Source of the DNA: Candidatus Altimarinota bacterium
Lineage (GTDB): Bacteria > Patescibacteriota > Gracilibacteria > UBA1369
DNA length: 64,000 bases
Assembly (NCBI GenBank): GCA_963677745.1
Contig: OY782391.1
Location: 608,001-672,000 of the forward strand
Direction of reading: 5' to 3'
Below the pieces are notes generated by a model that was given only the letters and a program-made list of their open reading frames with translations, had not been told where the DNA came from and ran no database searches. This document shows positions 9,037 through 18,220 of the stretch, in pieces. Position numbers and translations under genes: made by a program. How positions within the stretch are numbered: position 1 is the first letter of the stretch; each line of letters begins with the position of its first letter.

Positions 9037-9065
9037 TTGACATTCTAAGCCTAATAAGCTATAGT
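9037..9065 (+). promoter_or_regulatory. Sigma-70 promoter of the RRM gene
   Basis: TTGACA-17 nt-TATAGT. Confidence 0.75.
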
Positions 9066-9074
9066 TTACCCGCT

Positions 9075-9159
9075 TAGTGAGTTCCTGTTGGTTTTTGCGC
9101 GCCCTACGGCAAAATTTAAATGATTTGCAAAAAGACAAGGGAAGAAGGTCGTCTCATTA
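9075..9159 (+). promoter_or_regulatory. Putative structured 5' UTR
   Basis: Nested complementary segments TAGTGAG/CTCATTA, TTCCTGT/ACAAGGGAA and TTTTTGC/GCAAAAA, plus an inner GCC-CTAC-GGC hairpin. Confidence 0.5.
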
Positions 9160-9195
9160 GTAAACTTATATCAAACATTTAATTTTGTACGTAAA

Positions 9196-9486
9196 ATGGC
9201 AAAGAAACTATATGTAGGGAATCTGCCCTACTCAATCACTGCTGACTCTTTGAAAGACAAGTTCTCAGCAATCGGTGAGGTTACCTCATCAACAATTATC
9301 AGCGACAAATTCTCCGGCCGCTCCAAAGGCTTCGGCTTTGTGGAAATGGCTAACGACGATGAAGCCGACAAGGCCATCCAGGAGTTCAACGAACAGGACT
9401 GGGAAGGTCGCAAGATGATCGTAAACGAAGCCCGCCCTCTGGAGGACAGACCTCCGAGACGCGACTTCAGAGGTCCTCGCGCCTAA
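9196..9486 (+). CDS. RRM-domain RNA-binding protein
   Basis: RNP2 KLYVGNL, RNP1 RSKGFGFVEM, VNEARP, Arg-rich tail. Confidence 0.95.
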   Translation: MAKKLYVGNLPYSITADSLKDKFSAIGEVTSSTIISDKFSGRSKGFGFVEMANDDEADKAIQEFNEQDWEGRKMIVNEARPLEDRPPRRDFRGPRA

Positions 9487-9505
9487 TTCTTCATTGAATT
9501 AAATT

Positions 9506-9542
9506 AATCCCGGGATACGGCTCAGCCGCCCCGGGATTTTTT
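9506..9542 (+). terminator. Rho-independent terminator
   Basis: AATCCCGGG...CCCGGGATT stem followed by a T-tract. Confidence 0.8.
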
Positions 9543-9690
9543 GTATGACGGACTCGCACCCGCCGTCATGATCATTCTTTTTACGATATTGTTCTGGCAG
9601 TTCGCCGCACTCAGTTCCAGTCTCGGCTGAATTTCCACTGGCTAAATCCCAACCAATCAACTAGACTTTAATCGGACCATCAAACGTCTT

Positions 9691-10044
9691 ATGCCCTCAA
9701 AAGCAAAAACCGTTACCGAATACATGCGTGAAATTCCTCTGGAGCGGCTGGATTTTTTAACTGAATTACGGGAAATCTGTCTGAAAACACTGCAGGGTTT
9801 CAAAGAAAGCATGGAGTTCGGCATGCCCAGCTACAGCCGTGAAGGCAATATTGAAGTTGCCTGGACCAGCCAGAAAGAACACCTCACCATCTACATTTAT
9901 AACGAGCAGATTTTTAAAAAGCTGAAACAGCAACTGAAAGGACTGGATTGGGGAAAAACCTGGATACGTTTCAAAAAACCGGAAGACCTGGATTTTTCTC
10001 TAATTTCAGAGCTCTTACAGGAAGTTGTGAACACCCCCCCATGA
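9691..10044 (+). CDS. DUF1801 (YdhG-like) protein
   Basis: TV-x-EY...LR-x-I...E-x-M-x-FGMPSY...QK-x-H...GK-x2-IRF. Confidence 0.85.
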   Translation: MPSKAKTVTEYMREIPLERLDFLTELREICLKTLQGFKESMEFGMPSYSREGNIEVAWTSQKEHLTIYIYNEQIFKKLKQQLKGLDWGKTWIRFKKPEDLDFSLISELLQEVVNTPP

Positions 10045-10646
10045 AATCCTGGTCTGAATATTTCGAGTTGAGTAAAAACCTCCCGCCCAAACCCCTGCTT
10101 GAATCGGCCGTTCGATTGGTAGTGAACCGTGGACACGCCCTGGACCTGGGCGCCGGTTCACTCAGGGACAGCAAATTCCTGCTTTCCATCGGTTTTCAGA
10201 AAGTGGTGGCAGTCGATCAGAGTGCCGGAATAAAAAAATACCGCAGCAAGATACCCGCCAATCAGCTTCAAATCCGGATTTCCGCTTTTGAAAAGTTAAA
10301 AATCAAACCCCGCTCCTTCGACCTCATTACGGCCCAATATTCCCTGCCCTTCACATCCCCTCCCCATCTTCCCGCCCTGCTGGAACAAATTAAAAAGGGT
10401 CTTCGCCCCTCCGGCCTTTTTTGCGGCCAGTTTTTCGGTCCCAGAGACAGCTGGAATTCCCAACCGGACATGACTTTTATCAACAAAACTTCGCTCAGAA
10501 AACTGCTTGCACCACTGGACATTCTTTACTTCCGGGAAGAAGAAAAAGATGCCAAAACCATTGACGGTCAACTTAAACACTGGCACCTTTTTCAAGTGAT
10601 CGCCCTTCAGCCGCCACCCCGCAAACGAAAAAAAATTTCTAAATAA
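10041..10646 (+). CDS. Class I SAM-dependent methyltransferase (TehB-like)
   Basis: ALDLGAG..RD, YSLPF, G-x-F-x-GQFFG-x-RDSW, KHWH. ATGA overlap with the upstream stop sets the start at 10041. Confidence 0.85.
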   Translation: MKSWSEYFELSKNLPPKPLLESAVRLVVNRGHALDLGAGSLRDSKFLLSIGFQKVVAVDQSAGIKKYRSKIPANQLQIRISAFEKLKIKPRSFDLITAQYSLPFTSPPHLPALLEQIKKGLRPSGLFCGQFFGPRDSWNSQPDMTFINKTSLRKLLAPLDILYFREEEKDAKTIDGQLKHWHLFQVIALQPPPRKRKKISK

Positions 10647-10649
10647 ATT

Positions 10650-11393
10650 TTGCCTTTGTCCCAACAGCTTAATTTACTGCAAAAACAGATCCGAAAACTG
10701 GCCAATCCTGAAAAGGCCCGGTTTCTTGCCGGTTTTTTCCGTACCGGCCCAGGACAATATGCCGCCGGTGACCGCCTGCTCGGACTAACTGTTCCAACGC
10801 AAAGAAGTCTGGCCAAAAATTTTTCACATCTGGATCTTTCCGACCTGCAGGAATTAATACAATCGCCTTATCACGAAGAAAGACTGGTTTCACTACTCAT
10901 TGCCACCCACCATTTTGAATATGGCCTTAAATCGAAAGATTTAACAAAAGCAGAAAATATAGTTCACTTCTATTTATCGAATACCGATCACATAAACAAC
11001 TGGGATTTGGTCGACCTCAGTGCTTACAAAATTCTCGGGCGCTGGTGCTGGCTCCAAAACAAAGATACCAAAACTCTGCTCCGTCTGGCCCGCTCAAAAA
11101 GCCTTTGGGAAAAACGCATCGCCATTGTCTCGACCTACTATTTCATCCGCCAAAAAGTTCTCCTTCCCACTCTTCAGATTGCTTCCCTGCTGATGACCGA
11201 CCGGCACGACCTGATTCATAAAGCGGTGGGATGGATGCTGCGAGAAGTAGGCAAAAAAGACCAGACAACTCTTGATACTTTCCTGAAAGAACACTGCCTC
11301 CACATGCCCCGAACCATGCTGCGCTATGCCATCGAAAAACATCCGCCGGAAATCCGCCAAAAATATCTCTTGGGCAAAACCGCGGATCTTTGA
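10650..11393 (+). CDS. DNA alkylation repair protein (AlkD-like)
   Basis: FFRTGPGQY, HEER, INNWDLVD, DLIHKAVGWMLREVGK, MPRTMLRYAIEK. Confidence 0.9.
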   Translation: MPLSQQLNLLQKQIRKLANPEKARFLAGFFRTGPGQYAAGDRLLGLTVPTQRSLAKNFSHLDLSDLQELIQSPYHEERLVSLLIATHHFEYGLKSKDLTKAENIVHFYLSNTDHINNWDLVDLSAYKILGRWCWLQNKDTKTLLRLARSKSLWEKRIAIVSTYYFIRQKVLLPTLQIASLLMTDRHDLIHKAVGWMLREVGKKDQTTLDTFLKEHCLHMPRTMLRYAIEKHPPEIRQKYLLGKTADL

Positions 11394-11425
11394 TATAATT
11401 TTCAATCAACTAACCCATCAAAAAC

Positions 11426-12013
11426 ATGCCGCACACTTTACCCGATCTTCCTTTTGATCCCGCTTCCCTGACAGGATTCTGCTCCCCGGAAACCTTTGAG
11501 TTTCATCATGGCAAACATCACGCCGCCTATGTCACCAAGCTCAACGATGCCATCAAGGACTCCCCCCTGGCGGTATTAGATCTTCCGGAACTGATTAAAA
11601 AATCGCATCAGGACGGCAATAGAGCCGTTTTCAACAATGCCGCCCAGCATTTCAACCATAGTTTCTTCTGGGACTGCCTTTCCCCCGCAGGCGGCGCACC
11701 AGGCCCGCGTCTACTCGAACTGATTAACAGAGATTTTGGCTCCCTGGAAAAATTCCAGGAACTCTTCAACAACGCCGCAACCACACTCTTTGGTTCAGGC
11801 TGGACCTGGCTGACGCAGGATCAGTCCGGAAAACTGGAAATTTTACAGCTCAAAGACGCTGACACGCCGGTTATTTTGGATAAACAACCTCTCCTGACCC
11901 TGGACGTCTGGGAGCACGCTTACTACATCGACTTCCGCAACCGCCGTCCGGACTATATAAAATCTTTCTGGAATTTCGTTAACTGGTCCCACTCGGAAAG
12001 ACTCTTAAAGTAG
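11426..12013 (+). CDS. sodB: Superoxide dismutase, Fe-type
   Basis: HHGKHH..YV, FNNAAQ..NH (AAQ is the Fe-type signature), FGSGW, DVWEHAYY. Confidence 0.92.
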   Translation: MPHTLPDLPFDPASLTGFCSPETFEFHHGKHHAAYVTKLNDAIKDSPLAVLDLPELIKKSHQDGNRAVFNNAAQHFNHSFFWDCLSPAGGAPGPRLLELINRDFGSLEKFQELFNNAATTLFGSGWTWLTQDQSGKLEILQLKDADTPVILDKQPLLTLDVWEHAYYIDFRNRRPDYIKSFWNFVNWSHSERLLK

Positions 12014-12050
12014 ATTCTTTTTCCAAAAAGTCAATTTAACTGGGCATAAT

Positions 12051-12081
12051 AAAAGAACCAAAAGTCAATTTTGGTTCTTTT
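12051..12081. terminator. Perfect 13-bp inverted repeat, likely bidirectional terminator
   Basis: AAAAGAACCAAAA-GTCAA-TTTTGGTTCTTTT. Confidence 0.65.
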
Positions 12082-12344
12082 ACAATAGAATTGATAGTTT
12101 TGCCAAATCCACAAAAAGTTTCCTGTAGACTTATTTGACATTCACCTTTTTCAATTCCTCTTAACTAATTGACTGAACGACTTTTATATTCCAAATTTAT
12201 AAACAAAGCAGACACAAGTTTTGCACAAACTGCGAACACTGATTAAACAACATTATAGCTAAATATTAAACCCCTAATAATTTACACAACAACAAATTTA
12301 TCTATAATTGAAGCTAAGTTTTAAGAATTAACCAGTTTTATTAA

Positions 12345-13853
12345 ATGCCTATTTCTAAAAAAGATAATCTGCACCTACTGATAAAATCGCTCACCAAAAA
12401 CGAAAAGAAGTTCTTTAGAAATTTCCTCAAAAACCAATCCGAGTCCAAGCTCTATCTCCTACTATTCAACAAGATAGATCAGCAGTCAAAACACCAGAAA
12501 CTTGAGATAAAAAAGATTTTTGACAACAAAGCAAATCAGTTACCGGTTATAAGAACCTACCTCTCCAAGATCTTAGGGAAAGTCTTAAATTTATATCATC
12601 GCGAGAGCACTGACACAGATATATTCTACAACAATTTGCTGGAAATCAACCTTCTGCTGGAAAGAGAGCTCTTTGATCTGGCAGAATCAAAAATCAACAA
12701 ATGCATAGAACTGTCAAATGACCTCAATTCTCCTCTTTTAGAATTTAACGCGCTGGAACTCCGTAGGAAATTTCTTCTGAAAAAGTTCTCCCCCACCTCC
12801 GAGGAATGCAAAAAGGAAATGTCTGCCCTGCTCGAAAAACAGACCGGCCTGCTCAATCAGCTTCTCAACCTGAATCAGCTGCAGCAGGTTCAGGCCACCT
12901 TTTACGATCATTTTCAACAAAGTTCAGGACTTAATCCGGTTATTTACTCCAGCCTGGATGGTAATCCCCTGCTTGGCGACGACCGGAAAGCGCTGTCTTT
13001 TGAAGCAAAACTGCTCCAGGCCGACCTTAATTACCGTCTGCAGATCTTCAAGAACAAAAACTTCCTGCAGGCCGACCAAACCATCCAAAAAGCCATCCGC
13101 CAGCTGGAAATGTCACCCCGTCTGATTGCCAACCAGCCCGAGACCTATTTAAACCTGCTCAATCAGCGGCTACAGCTGCTTATCCATCAGAAAAAAATCG
13201 CCGAAATTCAGGAAGTTCTGGGCAAAATCCGCCAGGCCCCCGCCACCTATAATTTCGACAGCCGCGAACCGTCTCTCCGTCGCCCGATGATGGAGGCTTT
13301 CGCGCTGGAATTGGGTATCTACCGCCAGACCGGGGATAAGAACAAAGCCGAACAGTTGATCCGGCAGATCACCGCCGAGTACAAAGATCTCAACTCGCCT
13401 CTACTCAGACAGTGGAAAACGGTGATGGACTATGAAATTGCCAGATATTATTGGGAAACCGGGAAATTGAATCAGGCTCTGCAAAAAATCAAATTGATTC
13501 AAGCCGGAGAATACTCACAACGAGAAGCTGGCGTGCTGCTGCGAAGCATTTTCCTGCGTGCACAGATTGCCCTAATGCAAAAAAACAATCTGGAGCTGAA
13601 GAAAGTGTCAGCCCAGCTTCGCGCACACTTTATAAACGTAAAAAAGGCTTCCCGGCTGGAGAAAAATCTGCTGGTTTTCCTTGAGCTCTGGCCCTCCTGC
13701 CACGGCGCACCAAAAAAACGCCGGAAATTGTCACTGCAACTGGTTAAAATCCTGAAAGCCGCCGAAAAGAACAATACCCCGGAACTGCAAGACCTGCCGG
13801 AATGGCTTGCGGCATTCTGGGAAAGTCAGACGGCTGCTCCGTCGGCCCGCTAA
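12345..13853 (+). CDS. Hypothetical helical/TPR-like protein
   Basis: 502-aa ORF with helical-repeat character; N-terminal L..LIKSL-x-K-x-EK..F motif. Confidence 0.7.
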   Translation: MPISKKDNLHLLIKSLTKNEKKFFRNFLKNQSESKLYLLLFNKIDQQSKHQKLEIKKIFDNKANQLPVIRTYLSKILGKVLNLYHRESTDTDIFYNNLLEINLLLERELFDLAESKINKCIELSNDLNSPLLEFNALELRRKFLLKKFSPTSEECKKEMSALLEKQTGLLNQLLNLNQLQQVQATFYDHFQQSSGLNPVIYSSLDGNPLLGDDRKALSFEAKLLQADLNYRLQIFKNKNFLQADQTIQKAIRQLEMSPRLIANQPETYLNLLNQRLQLLIHQKKIAEIQEVLGKIRQAPATYNFDSREPSLRRPMMEAFALELGIYRQTGDKNKAEQLIRQITAEYKDLNSPLLRQWKTVMDYEIARYYWETGKLNQALQKIKLIQAGEYSQREAGVLLRSIFLRAQIALMQKNNLELKKVSAQLRAHFINVKKASRLEKNLLVFLELWPSCHGAPKKRRKLSLQLVKILKAAEKNNTPELQDLPEWLAAFWESQTAAPSAR

Positions 13854-14413
13854 GCCTGTTCCGCAGTCGCTGCCTCAATTTTCTTTTCATCAGGTTTGAT
13901 CGACTGTTGTTTCAGACTGAGCTCACGAAGAATCCGAAAATACTTGTTGGGGTTTTCGATTCTGCTGATAAAAATCCCCTCCATCGACTGGGGGGTAATA
14001 ATCTTGATAGTGCCGTAGTTAAACACATAACCCATGAAATTCTGCATCATAATCACTTCCACAATCTGGCGCATTAACAGAACTCTTTTTTCTTTCAGGA
14101 GAATGCCCATTCTATAGGTCAAAGACTCGTTTTTGATTATATAAAATTCCGTAACCCAACGGGCCAGCACAATCATTGTCACAATCTCCCCGACAATCAC
14201 CAGAAGCAGTATCGAAAAAATCTTAAAATTAGCCAGCATCTCCACGCTTGTCCCGGAGCGGTAAAACAGCCCCGGCACAAACAACACCAGCACTATGCCG
14301 ATAGCGATGATTAAATGAATAATGGAAATATTAAAAAAAAGAAAAAATGAACTCGGTCGGACCATGATGTCCAGTTCATTGTGCATTTTTTGTTGCCCTT
14401 GGTCCTTCTCCAT
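13850..14413 (-). CDS. Membrane protein with bacterial PH (bPH_2) domain
   Basis: Two TM helices followed by Y-x-I...L..R-x-GI...Q..MG..FNYGTI-x-I...I-x-NP. Confidence 0.8.
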   Translation of the reverse strand: MEKDQGQQKMHNELDIMVRPSSFFLFFNISIIHLIIAIGIVLVLFVPGLFYRSGTSVEMLANFKIFSILLLVIVGEIVTMIVLARWVTEFYIIKNESLTYRMGILLKEKRVLLMRQIVEVIMMQNFMGYVFNYGTIKIITPQSMEGIFISRIENPNKYFRILRELSLKQQSIKPDEKKIEAATAEQA

Positions 14414-14490
14414 TTAGTAAAAGTTAGTGAAGGCTATTGAGCTGGACGTAATACTAACACAAACTAGTTGATAAGGCAAATTACCCGCCC

Positions 14491-15771
14491 TTACTGCCGA
14501 AACCGCCAGCCATTCAGTATAACCTGTGACTTTTCCATGACAAATTTGTCATATTGGGCCAGATGGTGGACGGGTATATCCACTGACGACTCCACATACA
14601 GGGAATTCCTTTCAGGAACATCCTCGGAAATTTTTGAGGCGACATTAACCGCCCCGCCGGCAATCTCCTTCCCTCCCCCGTCCAGATTAAAAATCAGCAC
14701 ATCGCCGCGGGCAATGCCTATTGATACCTGGTCATCATTCTTTTTCATATATTGCAAAATTTCCTCGGCCAACTCCACGGCCTCATTATCCTCATCCATA
14801 ACGAATATTCCCAGATCTCCATTGGATTTGATCACTTCAGCCTTATATTTCACGACAATTTCGTTAAGTATTGCGTTGACCACCACCCAATCCGTCAACT
14901 GATCCAACAGCAGCCTTTCTTTTTTATGGTAAATCTTCACCAGCAAAACCACCTTGTCGGAAAAATAACCCTCCAGTTTTTCCCTGGCCTCGGGCAACAG
15001 ATGCATTTGCTTCAGCGCCACAAAAAAATCGCTGCTGAAAGGAAAAGGATAAAAATGTTGCTGATTCAGCTGCTCCGAATCGGGAAATTTAAAAGTATGA
15101 AAATCCTGTCCCCAATCGTCATAATCCACCGTAAAAAATTGTTTTTGAAACTGCGACAAATCCTCCCGGTGTTTTAGAAGCCTGTGAAATTTGGCGTCCA
15201 GTTCCTCCTTGAGGTTTTCGGAAACAACAATCTCTTTGGCTTCTGTAAAGTCCTCCGCCACGGCTTCCAGTAATTCCGCTTCCTCACCAAAAAACCCCTG
15301 ACCGATTTCCCAGAATTTACCTTTATGGATTCCCATTCCTAACTGTACCTCCCCCTGATGAATTACCTTCTGGGCCGCCGCCATCCGGTCCAGCAGCTGC
15401 TCGGCGGACACCTTGTCCGCCGGATAAAACATTTCTGTGTTGTCGGCGGCCCAGACTCCCACGCCCTGGCCACCAATCTGTTTTCCATAAGCATAGACCA
15501 CTTCTTTAGGCCGGCTCACCAGCTCCATCACTTCCAACAGACTCCGCCCGGCAGTCAAACGTGACAGACCGGATGAATCGGTACTAACCAGATAACCGTG
15601 CCGCTCCAGCGGTTCAAGTATTAGTCGCTGGTCATGACTGGTCTTGCCGCTCTGATACCATTTACTGATGATATCTACCGGAATCGGTCCCGCAATGTCC
15701 TGCTTCAGATCTGCCAGCGAAGCAATTATTTTTCTTTTTCTGTCCATAAGGCTATAGTTATGTACAGCCAT
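14491..15771 (-). CDS. Class III nucleotide cyclase with two tandem cyclase-like domains
   Basis: Domain 1: STDSSGLS, AADN, GMGIHKG. Domain 2: IKSNGD, SIGIARG, GGAVNVASKISED. Confidence 0.75.
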   Translation of the reverse strand: MAVHNYSLMDRKRKIIASLADLKQDIAGPIPVDIISKWYQSGKTSHDQRLILEPLERHGYLVSTDSSGLSRLTAGRSLLEVMELVSRPKEVVYAYGKQIGGQGVGVWAADNTEMFYPADKVSAEQLLDRMAAAQKVIHQGEVQLGMGIHKGKFWEIGQGFFGEEAELLEAVAEDFTEAKEIVVSENLKEELDAKFHRLLKHREDLSQFQKQFFTVDYDDWGQDFHTFKFPDSEQLNQQHFYPFPFSSDFFVALKQMHLLPEAREKLEGYFSDKVVLLVKIYHKKERLLLDQLTDWVVVNAILNEIVVKYKAEVIKSNGDLGIFVMDEDNEAVELAEEILQYMKKNDDQVSIGIARGDVLIFNLDGGGKEIAGGAVNVASKISEDVPERNSLYVESSVDIPVHHLAQYDKFVMEKSQVILNGWRFRQ

Positions 15772-15817
15772 ATTAATCCAAAAACGGAAAAATAAAAGCC
15801 GCTAAAAACCAAAAATC

Positions 15818-16696
15818 ATGAACTGGATTTTTCTCACCCTGCTGGCCGCCGGCATGGAATCAATCAGCAGTGTCAACGACCGCTTTGTACTCAAAAACGA
15901 TCTCAAGAACTCCGACACACTGTTGGTACTGTGGGGATTTTTTTCCGCCCTGATGTTTTCGGCACCGGCTTTTCTGGCAGGCACGTTCAGCGTCAGTCCC
16001 CTGGTTATCCTGATCGGGGCAGTTGCCTCCCTTTGCTATCTGGGAGCCATGCATTTCTACTACGGAGCAGCCAACACCGGTGAAATCGACCGGGTCGTCC
16101 CCATTCTCTCCCTCAATCCGGTTTTGGTTTTAATACTGGCTACTTTGTTTTTGGGTGAAACCCATGAACCGTCCAAATACCTCGGCATCGGCTTGATTAT
16201 GCTGGGAATCCTGGTAGAAGCTCTCGATTTTCACCACCATCGCCTGACCAATAAAAAAGCCCTCTATCTGACTATTTTGGCTTCGATTTTGTTTGCCTTT
16301 AAAAATGTACTGGTCAAATGGGTCACGATTCAGAACCTTGACCCCCTCAATATCCTTTGCTGGATCGGTCTGGGAATTCTATTATTCAACATTTTCATCA
16401 CCATCAAACTTTGGCCGCGCCTTAATTTACGCAGAAACAAGCACTGGCCGGAAATTGCCTTTGCCGCAGCCCTGACCGGATCGGTCACCCTTATCTACAC
16501 CGCGGCCATCATTGCCGGTCCGGCAGCGTTGGTAACCTTTTTGCACCGCATCCAGATCTTCTTTGTCTTTGTCATCACCGAGACCATGGACTTCTTCAAT
16601 CCCAAACTGCTGCATGAAAAATTCTCCAAACCTGTCTTTTATCAAAAGCTTTCAGGTGTATTGGTAATCCTGGTTGGAAGTTATCTTCTATTGTGA
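15818..16696 (+). CDS. EamA/DMT family transporter
   Basis: ~10 TM helices; GEI..VVP...P...LA.LFLGE pattern. Confidence 0.85.
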   Translation: MNWIFLTLLAAGMESISSVNDRFVLKNDLKNSDTLLVLWGFFSALMFSAPAFLAGTFSVSPLVILIGAVASLCYLGAMHFYYGAANTGEIDRVVPILSLNPVLVLILATLFLGETHEPSKYLGIGLIMLGILVEALDFHHHRLTNKKALYLTILASILFAFKNVLVKWVTIQNLDPLNILCWIGLGILLFNIFITIKLWPRLNLRRNKHWPEIAFAAALTGSVTLIYTAAIIAGPAALVTFLHRIQIFFVFVITETMDFFNPKLLHEKFSKPVFYQKLSGVLVILVGSYLLL

Positions 16697-16701
16697 GCCC
16701 G

Positions 16702-16724
16702 CCGCGCGCACCTTGTGCGCGCGG
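16702..16724. terminator. GC-rich hairpin between convergent genes
   Basis: CCGCGCGCAC-CTT-GTGCGCGCGG, a perfect 10-bp stem with no U-tract. Confidence 0.6.
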
Positions 16725-16751
16725 ACAGGCATCCTTCTTCGGGGAAGTTCT

Positions 16752-17117
16752 TCAGATTGTTGAGTCAGGCAGCCGCTTGATTGAATGCGCCCGCAAGAAC
16801 TCCTCGATCTGCTGCAGAACCGCAGCCCTGTCGGCCGGCTCCATGGCGTAGCAATCCAGTTGAGCGGCGATCTTCTTCATGCTGGGATCGTTCTGCTGCT
16901 TTTCGGTACTGTCCGGCGAGCAGAAGCAGTTCTCGGTGGGATGTACGCTCATCACGACACTCCCCGATGACTGCAGCAGCACACTGATCTTCAGCATTGG
17001 CCGCAATCCACGCTGTTCGGGATTGATCACCTCCGGTACCCCGATCATTCCGCCCAGTTGCATCACGACCACATCCATCCTCATGCAATCCCCATGCGGC
17101 ATCTCACATTCGATCAT
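16752..17117 (-). CDS. Hypothetical protein (121 aa)
   Basis: AGGAGG SD 5 nt before the ATG, upstream promoter and downstream hairpin. Confidence 0.6.
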   Translation of the reverse strand: MIECEMPHGDCMRMDVVVMQLGGMIGVPEVINPEQRGLRPMLKISVLLQSSGSVVMSVHPTENCFCSPDSTEKQQNDPSMKKIAAQLDCYAMEPADRAAVLQQIEEFLRAHSIKRLPDSTI

Positions 17118-17225
17118 CCAGACCTCCTACTCTTTTGTCTTCAGAATTTCTACCCGAGCACAAGACCAATGGAACAAAAAGCCTAAGTAATGGCTTCTAT
17201 CACCATATAAATTCTTGAGAGCTGG

Positions 17226-17253
17226 AATATAGCACTATTCTCAAAAGCGTCAA
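17226..17253 (-). promoter_or_regulatory. Sigma-70 promoter
   Basis: Minus strand TTGACG-16 nt-TATATT with an extended TG. Confidence 0.65.
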
Positions 17254-17320
17254 GCAGCTCAAAAAAACGCAGTTAAAATTAATTCACCACGCTGGAAATT
17301 ATTAATAAATTGGATGAGGC

Positions 17321-17366
17321 GGCGCGCATCCACATTCTGCGTCATTCCTGACGCTGGAAGCGCGCC
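17321..17366. terminator. Long GC-rich bulged hairpin
   Basis: GGCGCGC/GCGCGCC, TCCA/TGGA and GCGTCA-TTCC-TGACGC nested stems, downstream of the 17408-17641 ORF. Confidence 0.55.
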
Positions 17367-17407
17367 ACCCACATAAAGATCGTTTTAAGCAAGAAACGGT
17401 AAGCTGA

Positions 17408-17641
17408 TTACTTCAGGTTGGCCACGAGTGGCTCATCCTGCAACTGGTCGGTGTCGAACAGAGGACGGAGCATCCGCTCGGTTGGACAATCATCGCAGTC
17501 GTCGTTCACGCAGACCTCAGTCCCGCCAACGTCATCCGCGTCTTCGTCCAGCAAAGCGGCCACCAGTTCAACCTCACTGTAGATTCTCAAGGTCGGCCCA
17601 TCGTCCTCTTCCCCCTCGATTGCTTCAGGCGTTCCAATCAT
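17408..17641 (-). CDS. Hypothetical very acidic protein (77 aa)
   Basis: G-rich RBS (AAGGGGGGAAG) upstream; Asp/Glu-rich with C-x4-C-x2-C; 13 nt from the upstream gene. Confidence 0.55.
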   Translation of the reverse strand: MIGTPEAIEGEEDDGPTLRIYSEVELVAALLDEDADDVGGTEVCVNDDCDDCPTERMLRPLFDTDQLQDEPLVANLK

Positions 17642-17654
17642 TCACTTCCCCCCT

Positions 17655-17996
17655 TCAACCGCAGGCAATCTGGTTCTCGGGCACCTCCCCCGGATTCTTG
17701 TTGATGACACCGGACACCGGCGCCGATCCCCCTTCGTAGCGAATCGGGGAGCGGAGCAAGGGCTCGAATTCCGGCTTGACGACAAGCTTGCCCTCCTCAT
17801 CGATGTCGATGATCCCCAGCCCGTAGAGGGTCTGGGACTTGTCCTTCGTCAGCCAGGTGAGTCCCCGTCCTTGGAGCAACGCCAACCGAACCTGACGCAT
17901 CAGGGTCGGACAGAGCCTGGTGGCCTCCTCGTACTCCACCAAAGTCTCATTGGCAATCGCATTCCCCATCTTCGCACGACCGCTCTTCTTACTCAT
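17655..17996 (-). CDS. Hypothetical protein (113 aa), possibly winged-helix-like
   Basis: GAGG SD; TTGACA promoter-like element near 18108-18113; LYGLGII...G-x-L wing-like segment. Confidence 0.6.
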   Translation of the reverse strand: MSKKSGRAKMGNAIANETLVEYEEATRLCPTLMRQVRLALLQGRGLTWLTKDKSQTLYGLGIIDIDEEGKLVVKPEFEPLLRSPIRYEGGSAPVSGVINKNPGEVPENQIACG

Positions 17997-18220
17997 CAGT
18001 TACCTCTCACTTACAATCAACGATCCTCCCGGGCAACTACCAAACCACCCTATTGGTCTGCGTAATATGACCCAAGACAACGCAAAGTTAAACACTGTTT
18101 ATTCACCATGTCAAGAAAACTTTCCAAAAAGCTCGCTAAACCCGCCGGCAGTACATTTATCCCGTACCGCCGGCAGATTATTATCTGTCGCCGTTTTACC
18201 TCCGGAAAACCAACCGGGCC

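Noticed and set aside
9568-9630. 20-codon hydrophobic ORF (MIILFTILFWQFAALSSSLG) after an ATGACGG/CCGTCAT hairpin
   Set aside because: Too short to support; it lies just after a terminator with no clear promoter.
5670-12013. Genomic island integrated at the tRNA-Ser 3' end
   Set aside because: No integrase and no duplicated tRNA 3' fragment seen; the only repeat found is the upstream promoter.
12014-12344. AT-rich spacer as a possible replication origin
   Set aside because: Only one consensus DnaA box (TTTTGCACA, ~12219-12227), no dnaA/dnaN nearby, and no visible skew switch.
13850-15771. Cyclase plus 2-TM protein as a Pycsar anti-phage system
   Set aside because: The neighbour has a bPH_2 pattern with no cNMP-binding or TIR domain, and the cyclase is a tandem two-domain type.
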